In this document: piece after piece, positions 33,363 to 43,495 of the stretch
How positions within the stretch are numbered: position 1 is the stretch's first letter
Layout: each line of letters begins with the position of its first letter
Source of the DNA: a virus
Taxonomy: Duplodnaviria; Caudoviricetes
Virus record (IMG/VR): IMGVR_UViG_3300020733_000003
Location: 1-56,738 of that record
Length of the DNA stretch: 56,738 bases
Strand: one strand, 5' to 3'
Notes under the pieces: model-generated
What the model was told of the DNA's origin: nothing
What the model saw: only the letters and a program-made list of their open reading frames with translations
The model's database searches: none
Made by a program: the position numbers and the translations under genes

Positions 33363-36300
33363 TGGCAAATTTAGACCCCTCCCAAAATAACAACTCACCT
33401 ATAGATTTCAGTGATATTGTTGCCAAATACAACAAAACACAACCGCAATCGAGCAATGGCGTACAGCCACCAGCGGGTGGCAACTCCACCTCAAATAACA
33501 ACCCACCTATAGATTTCAGTGATATTGTTGCCAAATACAACAATCAAGCCCCGCAACAGCCGCAAAGCGGGTCGCAAGCCATCAGCGGGTTTGCTCCACC
33601 TCCGGGGATGCCTCCTTTACGGGGGCTACTTGGCACACCTAATCCCGATGACGGCGACGTAACAATTGTTCCAGACAGCACGCCCTTCCAATCTCCAAAG
33701 GCAGGTAAACGCAAACAACAATCAGCGCCTGCGTTTTCGATGACGCCATCTACGGGAAGCACTCGGTCTGACCTTATTGCTAGAGCCGTAGCCTTGCACA
33801 ACAATCCCGTTTTAGGGCAAAGTGATCCACAGCACCTTAAGGCGTTAACGGACGTCCTGTCTTATCTTGCGGCGGCCCCGGCCACTGGATTCTTTGGTAA
33901 GTTCCCAGTAAGCGTGACTCAACCACCTGCCCCAACCATCCCAAGAGCGCCCGGCCTTGGTGGCGCATTGCTGGGATATCAAGCTCAGATCACGCCTCCA
34001 CAGGGAGGCTACAACCAAGCGATGGCTGGACTGAACCTTGGGCATCAGTCAGCACCAATGCAGGCCGGGGTTGGCTTGCTTCTTCCGTCATGGGCGACAC
34101 AGCAACCTGTAAACCCGTCGGTAATAAGTCAAGCGGCCACGGGATTGGATCTTGGGCATCAGGGAGCAATTGAAGACCAGCCTATCTCAACAACGGCTCC
34201 AAACTGGCATCCGGGTCGGGGAATGATGTTTGGCGAAGGACAGGGTTACAACTTACCGGAAGGGTACAACCCTGCAACGCCGATCAGTAACGTAGCTCAA
34301 GCCCTTGAACAGCACGGGGCAGACTTCCTTGCGTCGGCAATCAAGCATGGCGGTGGTCATGGCTTTGAAGAGCCGATGTCATACGCAAAGCAATTTGACC
34401 CAGAAACACAACTTGGATCTCGAGACATTCAAATGGCAGGCCAGTTTGGGCGTAGCATCAATACAGCGCACAAACTGGTAGCTCAAAATATCGATACAAG
34501 CAATCCAATCGGAAAGACAACTGCTACAATTGCTCACGGATTGATCGAAGCTGTTAACCAAACTCCAGCCGTCTTGGACCCTATCCAGCGTGTGGCATTC
34601 CCTCTGCAAATTCTGTCCAACATTCCTGAATCTGTGCAGTACGTTGGCAACGCGATGAACGACCTTGCAAGTGGAGATCCGCAGAAGATGGGCGTTGCGG
34701 CAATTCAGGTTGCTGGATTACTCATGTTGGCTCGCCATGGCCTTCATGCCGGTTCCGATATAGCAATCGACTCTGCGCTTAAGTCAAGAGGGTTGACCCC
34801 TGAACAAATCGATGGGGCTAAAACCATACTCGGGGAAGCCAACGACTACGCAAAGCAACACGGGATGGTTGTTGATGCGTCGGGGCAAGTTGTACCTGTC
34901 ACCGCTCCGACTGGAAGGGTTGCCCAACTTATTGGCAATATTCGATCTAAATACAGCCCATTGTTTAGATTTAACCAGTTGTCGGGAATTGGGGATCGCC
35001 TTGGTGAAGCAACCGAACCTACGCAATCTTCCAATCAAGCCCCCGTTGAGGCGGGAACGGCTGAGTCCCCGCTCGGGCCGCAATCAGCTCCAGTTACCCA
35101 GCCCACAACCCCCGCCGAGACGGGAACGGCTGAGTCCCCGCTCGGGCCGCAATCAGCTCCAGTACAGGGCTTCCAAACTGATACTGCTGGGTTCCTTGCT
35201 CACAATACTTGGCAATCGGAAGCGCAACGGCTTCTTGATCAGATGCCACAGCTTAGGCAGGAGGCCAACGCTAGAGGCGAAGGGCGCACAACGTCCAGTC
35301 AACTTCGCAAGATGGAACAAGACTTGCGCCGTGGCCTTGCCACGGGCGTTGCTCCAGATTGGCTTCTCGATCAACTTAGCGATGAGTATCGAAACACCCC
35401 GCAGATTACTCAGCACTCCTTGACAATCACCCCATCGTCTCCGATCGAAGGGGCAAGCCCAAGTGTCACCTTTGCCCATGAAAACTGGAGTACGCTTGGC
35501 CAAGCTTTAGTCGAACACGCCGAAAGAACTGGAGATCCAAATCTTGGATTTATCCGGTCTCAGGCTGAAATATCCGCACGTCAGGGAAGACCCACCCCAG
35601 AACTAATTACAGCCATAGCAGACTGGCACGCTGATCTCAACCCAACGCCTGAGCATCTCGCGGCAATCATCTCATCGATGAACCCAGATGAATTGGCAAA
35701 GATGCAACGCAACATCGGAGTAAACAATGGAACCGAACTCAACGCCGCTATTCAACACAACACAACCCAAAGCGCAACAACAAGTGAAGCAGGGACAGGC
35801 GAGCCATCTCCAGAAGGTGGCAAAACAAATGCAGTCGCAGGGGCGAATGCCAAACCTGCGCCAAATGATCAGGGCGGCGAGGCGCTCAATGGGGAACCGA
35901 CCGCTGTCACCACAGGCGCTGGGGATGCCACCAAGCCCAGACCAGTTATCCCCGCTCCCGAGTCCACCACAGGGGCAACTACCGAACCAACTGCCACCCC
36001 TGCCGCAAATCCAGCCAGTGCCAATGAGCCAACTGGTGGGGCCACAGCAATTGCAACAAGGCCGACCACCGAGGCAGTAACAGAGCATGAAGGGCAGACT
36101 GATTATATTACAGGCGCTCGAAAGTCAGTTACCAGCGCAGAAAGGGCCGCAAGGGGCTTAAGCCCGGTTAGTATGCAGGAATACTCGATGCCACAGCACG
36201 AGTACGAACCAGCACGTCAGGCGATTATGAAGGGCGAGATCCACCCAACCGAGCTTGCCGAGGAGGTTGCAAATAAGCCACGTAACCTTACGCATCTTGA

Positions 36301-39300
36301 ACTTAATGCGCTGGTCTACCATCGAGCTACATTGATTGAGGAGTACAACGCAAACGTAAGGGCGACGGCTGAACATAGCGATCCCAATACAATTGCCGAG
36401 CTAAAGGCCCGAAATGAACTATTGTCTCATCAACTTGACATAAATGAACAAGCTTTAACCCGCAGTGGTCGAGTCACCTCTGCCGCCCTTAATGCTCGGA
36501 AGTTAATGATTAAGCCAGACTACAGCCCAGCCGTAGTCAATGGGCTTGCGGCTCAGGCCAAAGGTCAGCCTCTGACTCCAGAAGAAAGAGCCAAGGCCGA
36601 CAAGGTGGGGCAAGAGAATGTTGAGGCCAAGCAGAAGTTGCAGGATGCAAAGGCCAAGCAAGATGAGGTTAAAGCGCAACGAGTAGCTAAGAAGGCCGAA
36701 TCGTTGCCGATCGACGTTAACCGGGATACGATTGAGCAACTAAAAGCCGAGTTGCGAAAGAACGCTGAGGAGTTCAGAAAGAAGGGCGGGAACCCAAGAG
36801 GGCCAGAGGCTGGTCAGGCGCTTCTTGGCCCAGAATTCCTTGAGTACGCTGGCAAGCAGACGTCTATCTTGGGGCAAATTGTCAAGGAGTACGTCAAGGC
36901 TGGCATCGGAACCGTTGACAGACTTTTGCGCGAACTTACAAAGGAAGGAATTACTGAACTTGTTGGGAGGCCAGTCGACAAGGCAACAGTTAAAAGACTG
37001 TTGGCATCTGACGCAAAATTTACCGTCTTTGATAAAGGCGCATTGCGCTACAAACCATCTGTCTTAGGTGAGTTTGAGGATCTACTTCCTCAACAACAAC
37101 AGGATATTGAATCACTTAAGGCATACGGCAAAGCGGCATTAGCAAAGGTATTAACCCAAGACTCCAAACTTCCCTTAGAAAACCAAAAAGTTGCCCCCGC
37201 ATTAAAGCGGGTTGTGGGCGACATCCTAGCGCAAGGTCAGGTAGGGGATACTCGGTTGGTCGAAACAGAGCTAGACAAACTTGACATTAATCTTGATCGC
37301 TCAGACTTAAAGCAATTCTTAAAGGGCCAAGGCTCAACAGTTGGCGCTTTGGGGAACATTTACAAACGGCCTCTTGGGGAAGCCTCGCTTACTATGTTCG
37401 CCGGGGAGAGGCTTGCTGGCTTCAATGAGCTATGGAAACGTGCATTGGATGCTCACAGTAATGGGGACACGGCCACATTTGACACCATTGCTCGGCACAT
37501 CACAGATCGCACTCAAGCGTTTATGGATCACGTCTTTGCGGGGACAGGTATTGAGGCCAAGGTTAGCCATGGGTTTGGTACCTTCCAAGGAGACTTTGAA
37601 CCAAGTATCCGCGCCGAAATTCATATTCCGGGTTCTATGTCTAACGCGGAGGCCATGCAAATTGTCGAAGCAAGACTTGCCCACATTGGCCAATCAACTT
37701 CGCAAAAGAACATTTATATGCGAACCGATGTTCACCCAGATACTCCAATTGGGGATACAGGGGAGCATGGGGTCACGATTGAGCCGCAATATGAAATTGA
37801 ACTTACAAGGCCAGTAACAAACGAAGAGTATAATCAGGCTGTAGAACAATCAGGCTTGCAAGCGGGATCGTTGACCAACGACCGCAAGTCTATACTTGTT
37901 CATGGGCTAGGAGAAACAGATGCAACAAAAGACGAATTCGCAAGAAAAGTTAGAACCCTCATCAAAGCCTTGCACGATCAGGGACTTCATGGACGCACTA
38001 CAGCAGGAACTATTGAACTCAGGAATCTCGGCTCTAGTGACGCTGAAGTCGGGGGGTTCGGGAACCCAAGAAACCCAGAAGCCTTCAGGAGCTACAAGGA
38101 CATTATCAGTGGAGCTTCACCCGAGCAGAAATTCTCAGGAAGCGCACTCAACGGACCAAGAGACAACGTCTGGATCCGAAAAGACATTAATGCCACTTTC
38201 AGGCGCTTTATCTCCTCAGTCAAGGGGCTAGCTGACGACTCAGTGGGGACTGACTCAGTCCCCGACAACATTAGCTACAAGCGAACACCGAAGGGTACTG
38301 AACAGCAGTACAACGTGGCAGATCACTTTGATGCAATGCCGCAGGATGACACTCATCCTTACGTCAAAAAGGCTTATAAAGAGCTTGTCGACGAACTTGA
38401 TCAGCAGTGGCGTAGCCTAAACCTTCGCGTCGAGTTTATGCCCAAAGGGGAGGACGGCAATATGTCCGACTACTATGGCACTGACTCAAAAAAAGTCTTT
38501 CAAGACATCCGAGATAACAACCATCTCTACATCTTCCCCACAGAGGAAGGCTATGGCGAAGAAGGGCAAGGCGAAAGCAAGAACCCACTTCTTGAGCAAA
38601 GCCCATACAAAACCGCTGACGGCAAGCCTATGCTTTGGAATGACGTCCTCCGTGCCGTACATGACGCCATTGCTCATGGCGCATACGGAGCTTCCTTTGG
38701 CCCCAACGGAGAAGAGTTAGCTTTTGTTACTCATGCGCTGGTTACAAAAAGCCCTTGGGCTATTTGGGCGTTGGCTACAGAAACAAGAGGACAGAACTCT
38801 TGGGTTAACTTTGGGCCGCAGGTGCGGGATGCCAGTGGCAAGTTACTCCCCGAGGGAGAAAGGCCAGCAAAAGCTGACCTAAAATATGCTGATCAGAAGA
38901 GTGGCTTGCTTCCGGTTGATGACCTGAAAACTGGCATCCCTGAAATCGACAACAAGATCAAGACTCTTCCAACTGATTACAACTCCGCGACAGGAGACAA
39001 ACCCGCGACAAATGTTGAGCCTGATGGGTTTAAGTCAGTAGCCGATTCAAAGACTCCCGCCGGGTCATTGGATGCTTCGGAACGTGTTAAGCAAAAGGCA
39101 ACCCCTCGTGTGGCGACCAAGGAAGACCTTGAGCCACATCTTAGGCAGGGCAAAACTCCGGTTAACATCCACATGGCAGACCGCACAATGGTTGGTACTT
39201 ATGTGGATCCAAAGACCGGGGCCACTGCTGAACTACACGGGGGATCAGATTATCCACTGCAACCAGACAAGCTTGGCAAGGTTGCATGGGCAGTAGAAAA

Positions 39301-42300
39301 GCCGGGATTCCGACTTGCGACTCACGACAACCCCGGCCTTGTTATCATGTACGCCGGGGGGAAGGACACTCACCTCGGAGGGCAGGGCTACGATGTAGCG
39401 GCGGCAATTATCAAGAAAGCTGTTGAGCTAAACAAAATTACGGAGCAGGAGGCTGTTGACCAGTACAACAAAGCTATTTCTGCCACAGACGCCGCCAGAA
39501 GCGCCAAATTACCAAAAGCAGAAACCTTGGATGATGTCTTGAATGGGCTTGCAAACTACAAGTCGACATCATTCCAGTCAAGAACTGCAACGATGAAGAG
39601 CCTGTTCCATAAAGATTGGACTAAGGCAAAAGGGCTATCAAACTGGGAAGAAATACGCGATGGGATGGAAGACCCCCGAGCGAAGAAATATGCTCCCGGC
39701 GACATCCTAACGCTACTTCATGTCGATCCAGATGCAGAGTCTACCAGTGCGGAAGAGGCAGGTGTTGAGAAGCACCCCGTTTACTCTTACGTTATTAAGG
39801 GGACATCTCTTGGCCATGTTCCTGAAGGGCATTCTATCGTTACGCTTGTTCCTGAACATTTTGCAACCAAGACCTACAGCAGAGGAGGCAAGTCCTTGGG
39901 TGGCCGTAGCAACTACGCTATGGTGGATACCGATCGCCTAAGCCAAGTCGTAGAGCCGAACCCTGACATTGCGGGAGAAAGGGCAAGAATTGCCGAAAAT
40001 GAAAAGCTTAACCAGCAAAAGGAACGTGCCGAAAAGAATGCTCCAGAAGTCCCAGTAGAGCCACCTAAGATTAAATCTTTGGTTGCTGATTTTCTCAGCG
40101 AAGTTAAGCAACACTACGAAGACATTGGGCGAAACCAAAGCGCCCCAAGGATTAAACGTGAGGGTGGACATGCCTCCATTTTCAACGACATGGCAATCCT
40201 TGGCGCAAAGACTGCATATTCGCTCGGGAAACTTGTCGTAGGGGTTGCCAAGCTTGGATTCAACAGCTTAGATGAATTGCTGACCAACGTAAATGAAGAG
40301 CTAAAGGATCATGACATCCAGATCACAAAGAGGCTCTTGACGCAGGTATTGAACGAGCATGGGCCAAACGTTCTAGCTGAGCATACAAATGACCTCCGCA
40401 AGAAGGCTATCTTGGAGGCCGCAAAGAACGCAAAGTTTGGCGACACACTAAGCGCCATTGCTGACCAAGTCCGACAGCAACATCCAGACACGACGATCGA
40501 TCATGTTGTAGATGCCTTGGCCCCCAAACCGGGAGAGCCAAACCCTCCAACAGAAACGCAGAAAGCCCAAACTGATCTGAGGAAGCAAGCGGCAATCCAG
40601 CGCAGAATAAACGACTTTCAGAACGGGGTTAAGCCAACTAAAACACCAGCCCCAGAAGCAAGCCCTGCTCTGCAAGCCATTCGGGAACAGGAAGCCGTGG
40701 TGAAGGGTGGAGTCAAGCGGGCAACCTTGCAGTCAGCGAAGGCAGGGAAGTTTAACGTTGATGAAATTCTTGCCGATGTCCAAAAGGACTTCCCTGACGC
40801 CACTCGATCAGATGTGATGTCGGCGCTTAAGGATAAAGCCAAGGATACAAAGGCGCTGACGCCAGAGCAATTGAATATCAACAAGGCAAAGAAGATTGCT
40901 ACCCTTACGGGCAAAACCGAGGAGATCAATGAAGCGGTGGCCAACCAGACTTACACTAAGCCTGAAGCCAAGGCAAAAGAAGAAAAGGCAGTTGATGCTG
41001 ACGTTGCAAAAGCTGAGTTTGAATACAAGCAAGCTCAAGATCGTGCAAATCGATTCATCAAGAGCCAAGAGATCACGCCCAAAGCAACTGCGGTTCGTCA
41101 AAAACTAAGAGCGATGATGGTCAGTAGCTTTGGCATTCCCCTTAAAGTTGGTACTTCGTTCTTGATGAAGTCTGCCGCCGATACCGTTGGCGCATTGCCA
41201 GCCAAAGCCTACGACAATCTTTTCAAACAGGTAACCGGGGTTCAGGGCGTTGACATCTCAAGTTTGAGTCACGTCAAGGCAGGGCTTGAGAACGCAAAAA
41301 CCAAATTTAGTATTAACCGACTTATCAATATCCTGAAAGGAGAAGAATCCCCATCAGCGGACGTCGAGACAAGTTTCCATCGCATCAACTCAGGTAAAGG
41401 CAAGTTAACTAAAGCAACCGATGTAGCGGCAAACGCCATTTTTGGAACCCACAGCGCCCTGTACTCTCCACTGCTGGATTACGGCCAAGGAAAAGCGGCC
41501 TCGGAGCTATCTAGCTTGTACGCAAAGAACTTCCCCGGTCAGCAACTGGCCCCCGAACAGGTACGAGCAAATATGCCAGAAGAGTTGGCAAAAAAGGCAA
41601 AAACTGAGGGGCAAGAAGGCATATTGATGAACCCAAACGTGCTGGCAAACGCTTGGATGAATGAGCGACCCTTGAACAGCACAGCGATGGGACAAATCGC
41701 TGGAATTGGATCCACCTTGTTGTTGCCTACCCCCGGTGTTTCGTTCAACTCATTTGGACGATTCTTAGAGCATACTCCGCTTGGGTTTGGCAAAACTGCA
41801 ATTGAACAGGCCGGGGCAATCAAAAACGCAAAGCTTGCAAGGACGCTGGCGGCATCCGGTGACATGGAAGGAGCAAATGCCGCGAGACTCCAAGCAATGT
41901 TCAAACAAAGGGAGGCGTCTAAGACTTTTGGCAGAGCCGCTGTGGGGACCGTAGGGTTGGTCACACTGGGCTATGTGCTTGCCAAGAACGGATACCTCAG
42001 TGGCCTTTATAATAAAGACACCAACGAATCAGCCCCAACACATGGGGTTATTCACGTTGGCCCCATTGATTGGAATATCGAAGAAAGCCCCGTAGGGAAG
42101 GTGATGGCACTTGGTGCGCTGTGGGCAGAGGCTGAAAAGAATGCGCCTAGCGATCCAGAGCAGTGGCTAATGAACGTGCTGACTGCCAATGCCAAACACT
42201 GGGCAAGTGAACTTACGCTCAACGCGATAGCAGAGGCATTCCCGTTGACCAGTCCAGCGCGAACAATCAACAACCTAAGAACCCCCGGCGGCAGAGAGAA

Positions 42301-42469
42301 GGATCTAGAGCAGTTTGGCTCTGAAGCTATCCCCGGTGCGGTTAAGTCTATCGCCAAGGGGTTGGATTACGGCAACGAAAGGCAAGCCAACACATTGCCT
42401 GAAAAGTTGCAGTCAGGAATTCCAATCTTGAGAAATCAACTGCCGCTGAAACCCAAAACAGGACAGTAA
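33362..42469 (+). CDS. Giant (3035 aa) internal virion / polyvalent-type protein
   Basis: Last gene of the ejection trio; central block NDVLRAVHDAIAHG...GEE...TETRGQNSWVNFGP; C-terminal hydrophobic segments. Confidence 0.8.
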   Translation: MANLDPSQNNNSPIDFSDIVAKYNKTQPQSSNGVQPPAGGNSTSNNNPPIDFSDIVAKYNNQAPQQPQSGSQAISGFAPPPGMPPLRGLLGTPNPDDGDVTIVPDSTPFQSPKAGKRKQQSAPAFSMTPSTGSTRSDLIARAVALHNNPVLGQSDPQHLKALTDVLSYLAAAPATGFFGKFPVSVTQPPAPTIPRAPGLGGALLGYQAQITPPQGGYNQAMAGLNLGHQSAPMQAGVGLLLPSWATQQPVNPSVISQAATGLDLGHQGAIEDQPISTTAPNWHPGRGMMFGEGQGYNLPEGYNPATPISNVAQALEQHGADFLASAIKHGGGHGFEEPMSYAKQFDPETQLGSRDIQMAGQFGRSINTAHKLVAQNIDTSNPIGKTTATIAHGLIEAVNQTPAVLDPIQRVAFPLQILSNIPESVQYVGNAMNDLASGDPQKMGVAAIQVAGLLMLARHGLHAGSDIAIDSALKSRGLTPEQIDGAKTILGEANDYAKQHGMVVDASGQVVPVTAPTGRVAQLIGNIRSKYSPLFRFNQLSGIGDRLGEATEPTQSSNQAPVEAGTAESPLGPQSAPVTQPTTPAETGTAESPLGPQSAPVQGFQTDTAGFLAHNTWQSEAQRLLDQMPQLRQEANARGEGRTTSSQLRKMEQDLRRGLATGVAPDWLLDQLSDEYRNTPQITQHSLTITPSSPIEGASPSVTFAHENWSTLGQALVEHAERTGDPNLGFIRSQAEISARQGRPTPELITAIADWHADLNPTPEHLAAIISSMNPDELAKMQRNIGVNNGTELNAAIQHNTTQSATTSEAGTGEPSPEGGKTNAVAGANAKPAPNDQGGEALNGEPTAVTTGAGDATKPRPVIPAPESTTGATTEPTATPAANPASANEPTGGATAIATRPTTEAVTEHEGQTDYITGARKSVTSAERAARGLSPVSMQEYSMPQHEYEPARQAIMKGEIHPTELAEEVANKPRNLTHLELNALVYHRATLIEEYNANVRATAEHSDPNTIAELKARNELLSHQLDINEQALTRSGRVTSAALNARKLMIKPDYSPAVVNGLAAQAKGQPLTPEERAKADKVGQENVEAKQKLQDAKAKQDEVKAQRVAKKAESLPIDVNRDTIEQLKAELRKNAEEFRKKGGNPRGPEAGQALLGPEFLEYAGKQTSILGQIVKEYVKAGIGTVDRLLRELTKEGITELVGRPVDKATVKRLLASDAKFTVFDKGALRYKPSVLGEFEDLLPQQQQDIESLKAYGKAALAKVLTQDSKLPLENQKVAPALKRVVGDILAQGQVGDTRLVETELDKLDINLDRSDLKQFLKGQGSTVGALGNIYKRPLGEASLTMFAGERLAGFNELWKRALDAHSNGDTATFDTIARHITDRTQAFMDHVFAGTGIEAKVSHGFGTFQGDFEPSIRAEIHIPGSMSNAEAMQIVEARLAHIGQSTSQKNIYMRTDVHPDTPIGDTGEHGVTIEPQYEIELTRPVTNEEYNQAVEQSGLQAGSLTNDRKSILVHGLGETDATKDEFARKVRTLIKALHDQGLHGRTTAGTIELRNLGSSDAEVGGFGNPRNPEAFRSYKDIISGASPEQKFSGSALNGPRDNVWIRKDINATFRRFISSVKGLADDSVGTDSVPDNISYKRTPKGTEQQYNVADHFDAMPQDDTHPYVKKAYKELVDELDQQWRSLNLRVEFMPKGEDGNMSDYYGTDSKKVFQDIRDNNHLYIFPTEEGYGEEGQGESKNPLLEQSPYKTADGKPMLWNDVLRAVHDAIAHGAYGASFGPNGEELAFVTHALVTKSPWAIWALATETRGQNSWVNFGPQVRDASGKLLPEGERPAKADLKYADQKSGLLPVDDLKTGIPEIDNKIKTLPTDYNSATGDKPATNVEPDGFKSVADSKTPAGSLDASERVKQKATPRVATKEDLEPHLRQGKTPVNIHMADRTMVGTYVDPKTGATAELHGGSDYPLQPDKLGKVAWAVEKPGFRLATHDNPGLVIMYAGGKDTHLGGQGYDVAAAIIKKAVELNKITEQEAVDQYNKAISATDAARSAKLPKAETLDDVLNGLANYKSTSFQSRTATMKSLFHKDWTKAKGLSNWEEIRDGMEDPRAKKYAPGDILTLLHVDPDAESTSAEEAGVEKHPVYSYVIKGTSLGHVPEGHSIVTLVPEHFATKTYSRGGKSLGGRSNYAMVDTDRLSQVVEPNPDIAGERARIAENEKLNQQKERAEKNAPEVPVEPPKIKSLVADFLSEVKQHYEDIGRNQSAPRIKREGGHASIFNDMAILGAKTAYSLGKLVVGVAKLGFNSLDELLTNVNEELKDHDIQITKRLLTQVLNEHGPNVLAEHTNDLRKKAILEAAKNAKFGDTLSAIADQVRQQHPDTTIDHVVDALAPKPGEPNPPTETQKAQTDLRKQAAIQRRINDFQNGVKPTKTPAPEASPALQAIREQEAVVKGGVKRATLQSAKAGKFNVDEILADVQKDFPDATRSDVMSALKDKAKDTKALTPEQLNINKAKKIATLTGKTEEINEAVANQTYTKPEAKAKEEKAVDADVAKAEFEYKQAQDRANRFIKSQEITPKATAVRQKLRAMMVSSFGIPLKVGTSFLMKSAADTVGALPAKAYDNLFKQVTGVQGVDISSLSHVKAGLENAKTKFSINRLINILKGEESPSADVETSFHRINSGKGKLTKATDVAANAIFGTHSALYSPLLDYGQGKAASELSSLYAKNFPGQQLAPEQVRANMPEELAKKAKTEGQEGILMNPNVLANAWMNERPLNSTAMGQIAGIGSTLLLPTPGVSFNSFGRFLEHTPLGFGKTAIEQAGAIKNAKLARTLAASGDMEGANAARLQAMFKQREASKTFGRAAVGTVGLVTLGYVLAKNGYLSGLYNKDTNESAPTHGVIHVGPIDWNIEESPVGKVMALGALWAEAEKNAPSDPEQWLMNVLTANAKHWASELTLNAIAEAFPLTSPARTINNLRTPGGREKDLEQFGSEAIPGAVKSIAKGLDYGNERQANTLPEKLQSGIPILRNQLPLKPKTGQ
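33385..33543 (+). repeat. 51-bp direct repeat pair (33385-33435 and 33493-33543) with one mismatch
   Basis: Encodes NN(S/P)PIDFSDIVAKYN twice. Confidence 0.9.
35052..35163 (+). repeat. 43-bp exact direct repeat pair (35052-35094 and 35121-35163)
   Basis: Encodes GTAESPLGPQSAPV twice. Confidence 0.9.
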
Positions 42470-42555
42470 CCTCCTAACGCAATAAAATCCCCCCCCCCCG
42501 AGTCGCCAACCTCCATGTATAATGCAGAGTAGGCGGCTCAAAGAGGATATTACCG

Positions 42556-42858
42556 ATGAAGAAAGTTGAGCCAGCTAAGGGAAAGAAATCCCCTATCCTA
42601 CCGAAAGGTTTTGAGCAATCCAAGTACGACAACGATAAGGGCGTCAAGGAAGGCTCAGCCGCTGACATGAAGCGAGATGTCAAGGAGGCAAAGCAGATGA
42701 AGAAAGACATGGCCCCCAAGGGCAAACCCAAGGGATTGGAAGTCAAGATCGAGGCCAAGCCGATGTCTAAGGACGATATGGCCAAGCGAGAGAAGCAGAT
42801 CCGCGAATCCGTTGGCTCTCCTCGTTCCGACATCATGCCGATGAAGAGGAAGTATTAA
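42556..42858 (+). CDS. Lys-rich small protein
   Basis: GAGG SD; TATAAT at 42518-42523 upstream. Confidence 0.7.
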   Translation: MKKVEPAKGKKSPILPKGFEQSKYDNDKGVKEGSAADMKRDVKEAKQMKKDMAPKGKPKGLEVKIEAKPMSKDDMAKREKQIRESVGSPRSDIMPMKRKY

Positions 42859-42859
42859 G

Positions 42860-43057
42860 ATGGCCGCCAAGAAGAAAGACGGCGGCAATTGGATTGCCAA
42901 GGCCACCGAGAACAAGGGTGGGCTTCATCGTGCGCTCGGCGTCCCCGAGGGGAAGAATATCCCCAAGTCGAAGGTCGCCAAGGCCGCATCCAAGCCCGGA
43001 AAGGTTGGTAAGGAAGCACGTCTAGCCGAGACCCTGAGCAAGCTTCGCAAGAAGTAG
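42860..43057 (+). CDS. Conserved small basic phage protein
   Basis: WIAKA...GGLHRALGVPEGK.IP...ARLAETL. Confidence 0.75.
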   Translation: MAAKKKDGGNWIAKATENKGGLHRALGVPEGKNIPKSKVAKAASKPGKVGKEARLAETLSKLRKK

Positions 43058-43150
43058 GCCATCCATAATACTCTCGCTGAACAAGCGATTAGGCCGCCCT
43101 AAGTTACGGGGCGGCCTCCCAAGATTGAAACCAGAAGTTAAGGAAACCCA

Positions 43151-43495
43151 ATGAGCCATCCAATGAATACTTTGTGGGAGTTCACGATTACGATCGCGTC
43201 CTCTTCGACTCCGAACTTGATCTTCGATGGATCGTCGGGCATTCGGGCTATGCCGCCCATGCAACTTAGCGGGTTGAGGATCACCAATACCAACCAAGCG
43301 GGGACGGTTTACCTTGGCACCAATGATAGCTTCAGTGGCGCTCCGGGTCTTACGACGACCAACTTCTGGAAGCAACTCGGCCCCCGAGAGGCTCTCCTTA
43401 ATAACGACGTTTTGATGGGGCGAGGCCAAATTCAGCACCTTGCGATCATCTCCGACGGAACATCCTGCACTGTCAGGGTTGAGGTGTTACAGTAA
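43151..43495 (+). CDS. Hypothetical beta-rich structural protein
   Basis: AAGGA SD; TAATG coupling to the next gene. Confidence 0.7.
   Translation: MSHPMNTLWEFTITIASSSTPNLIFDGSSGIRAMPPMQLSGLRITNTNQAGTVYLGTNDSFSGAPGLTTTNFWKQLGPREALLNNDVLMGRGQIQHLAIISDGTSCTVRVEVLQ

Noticed and set aside
33385-35163. Diversity-generating retroelement TR/VR pairs
   Set aside because: The repeats are short in-frame duplications without adenine-specific mismatches, and there is no reverse transcriptase.
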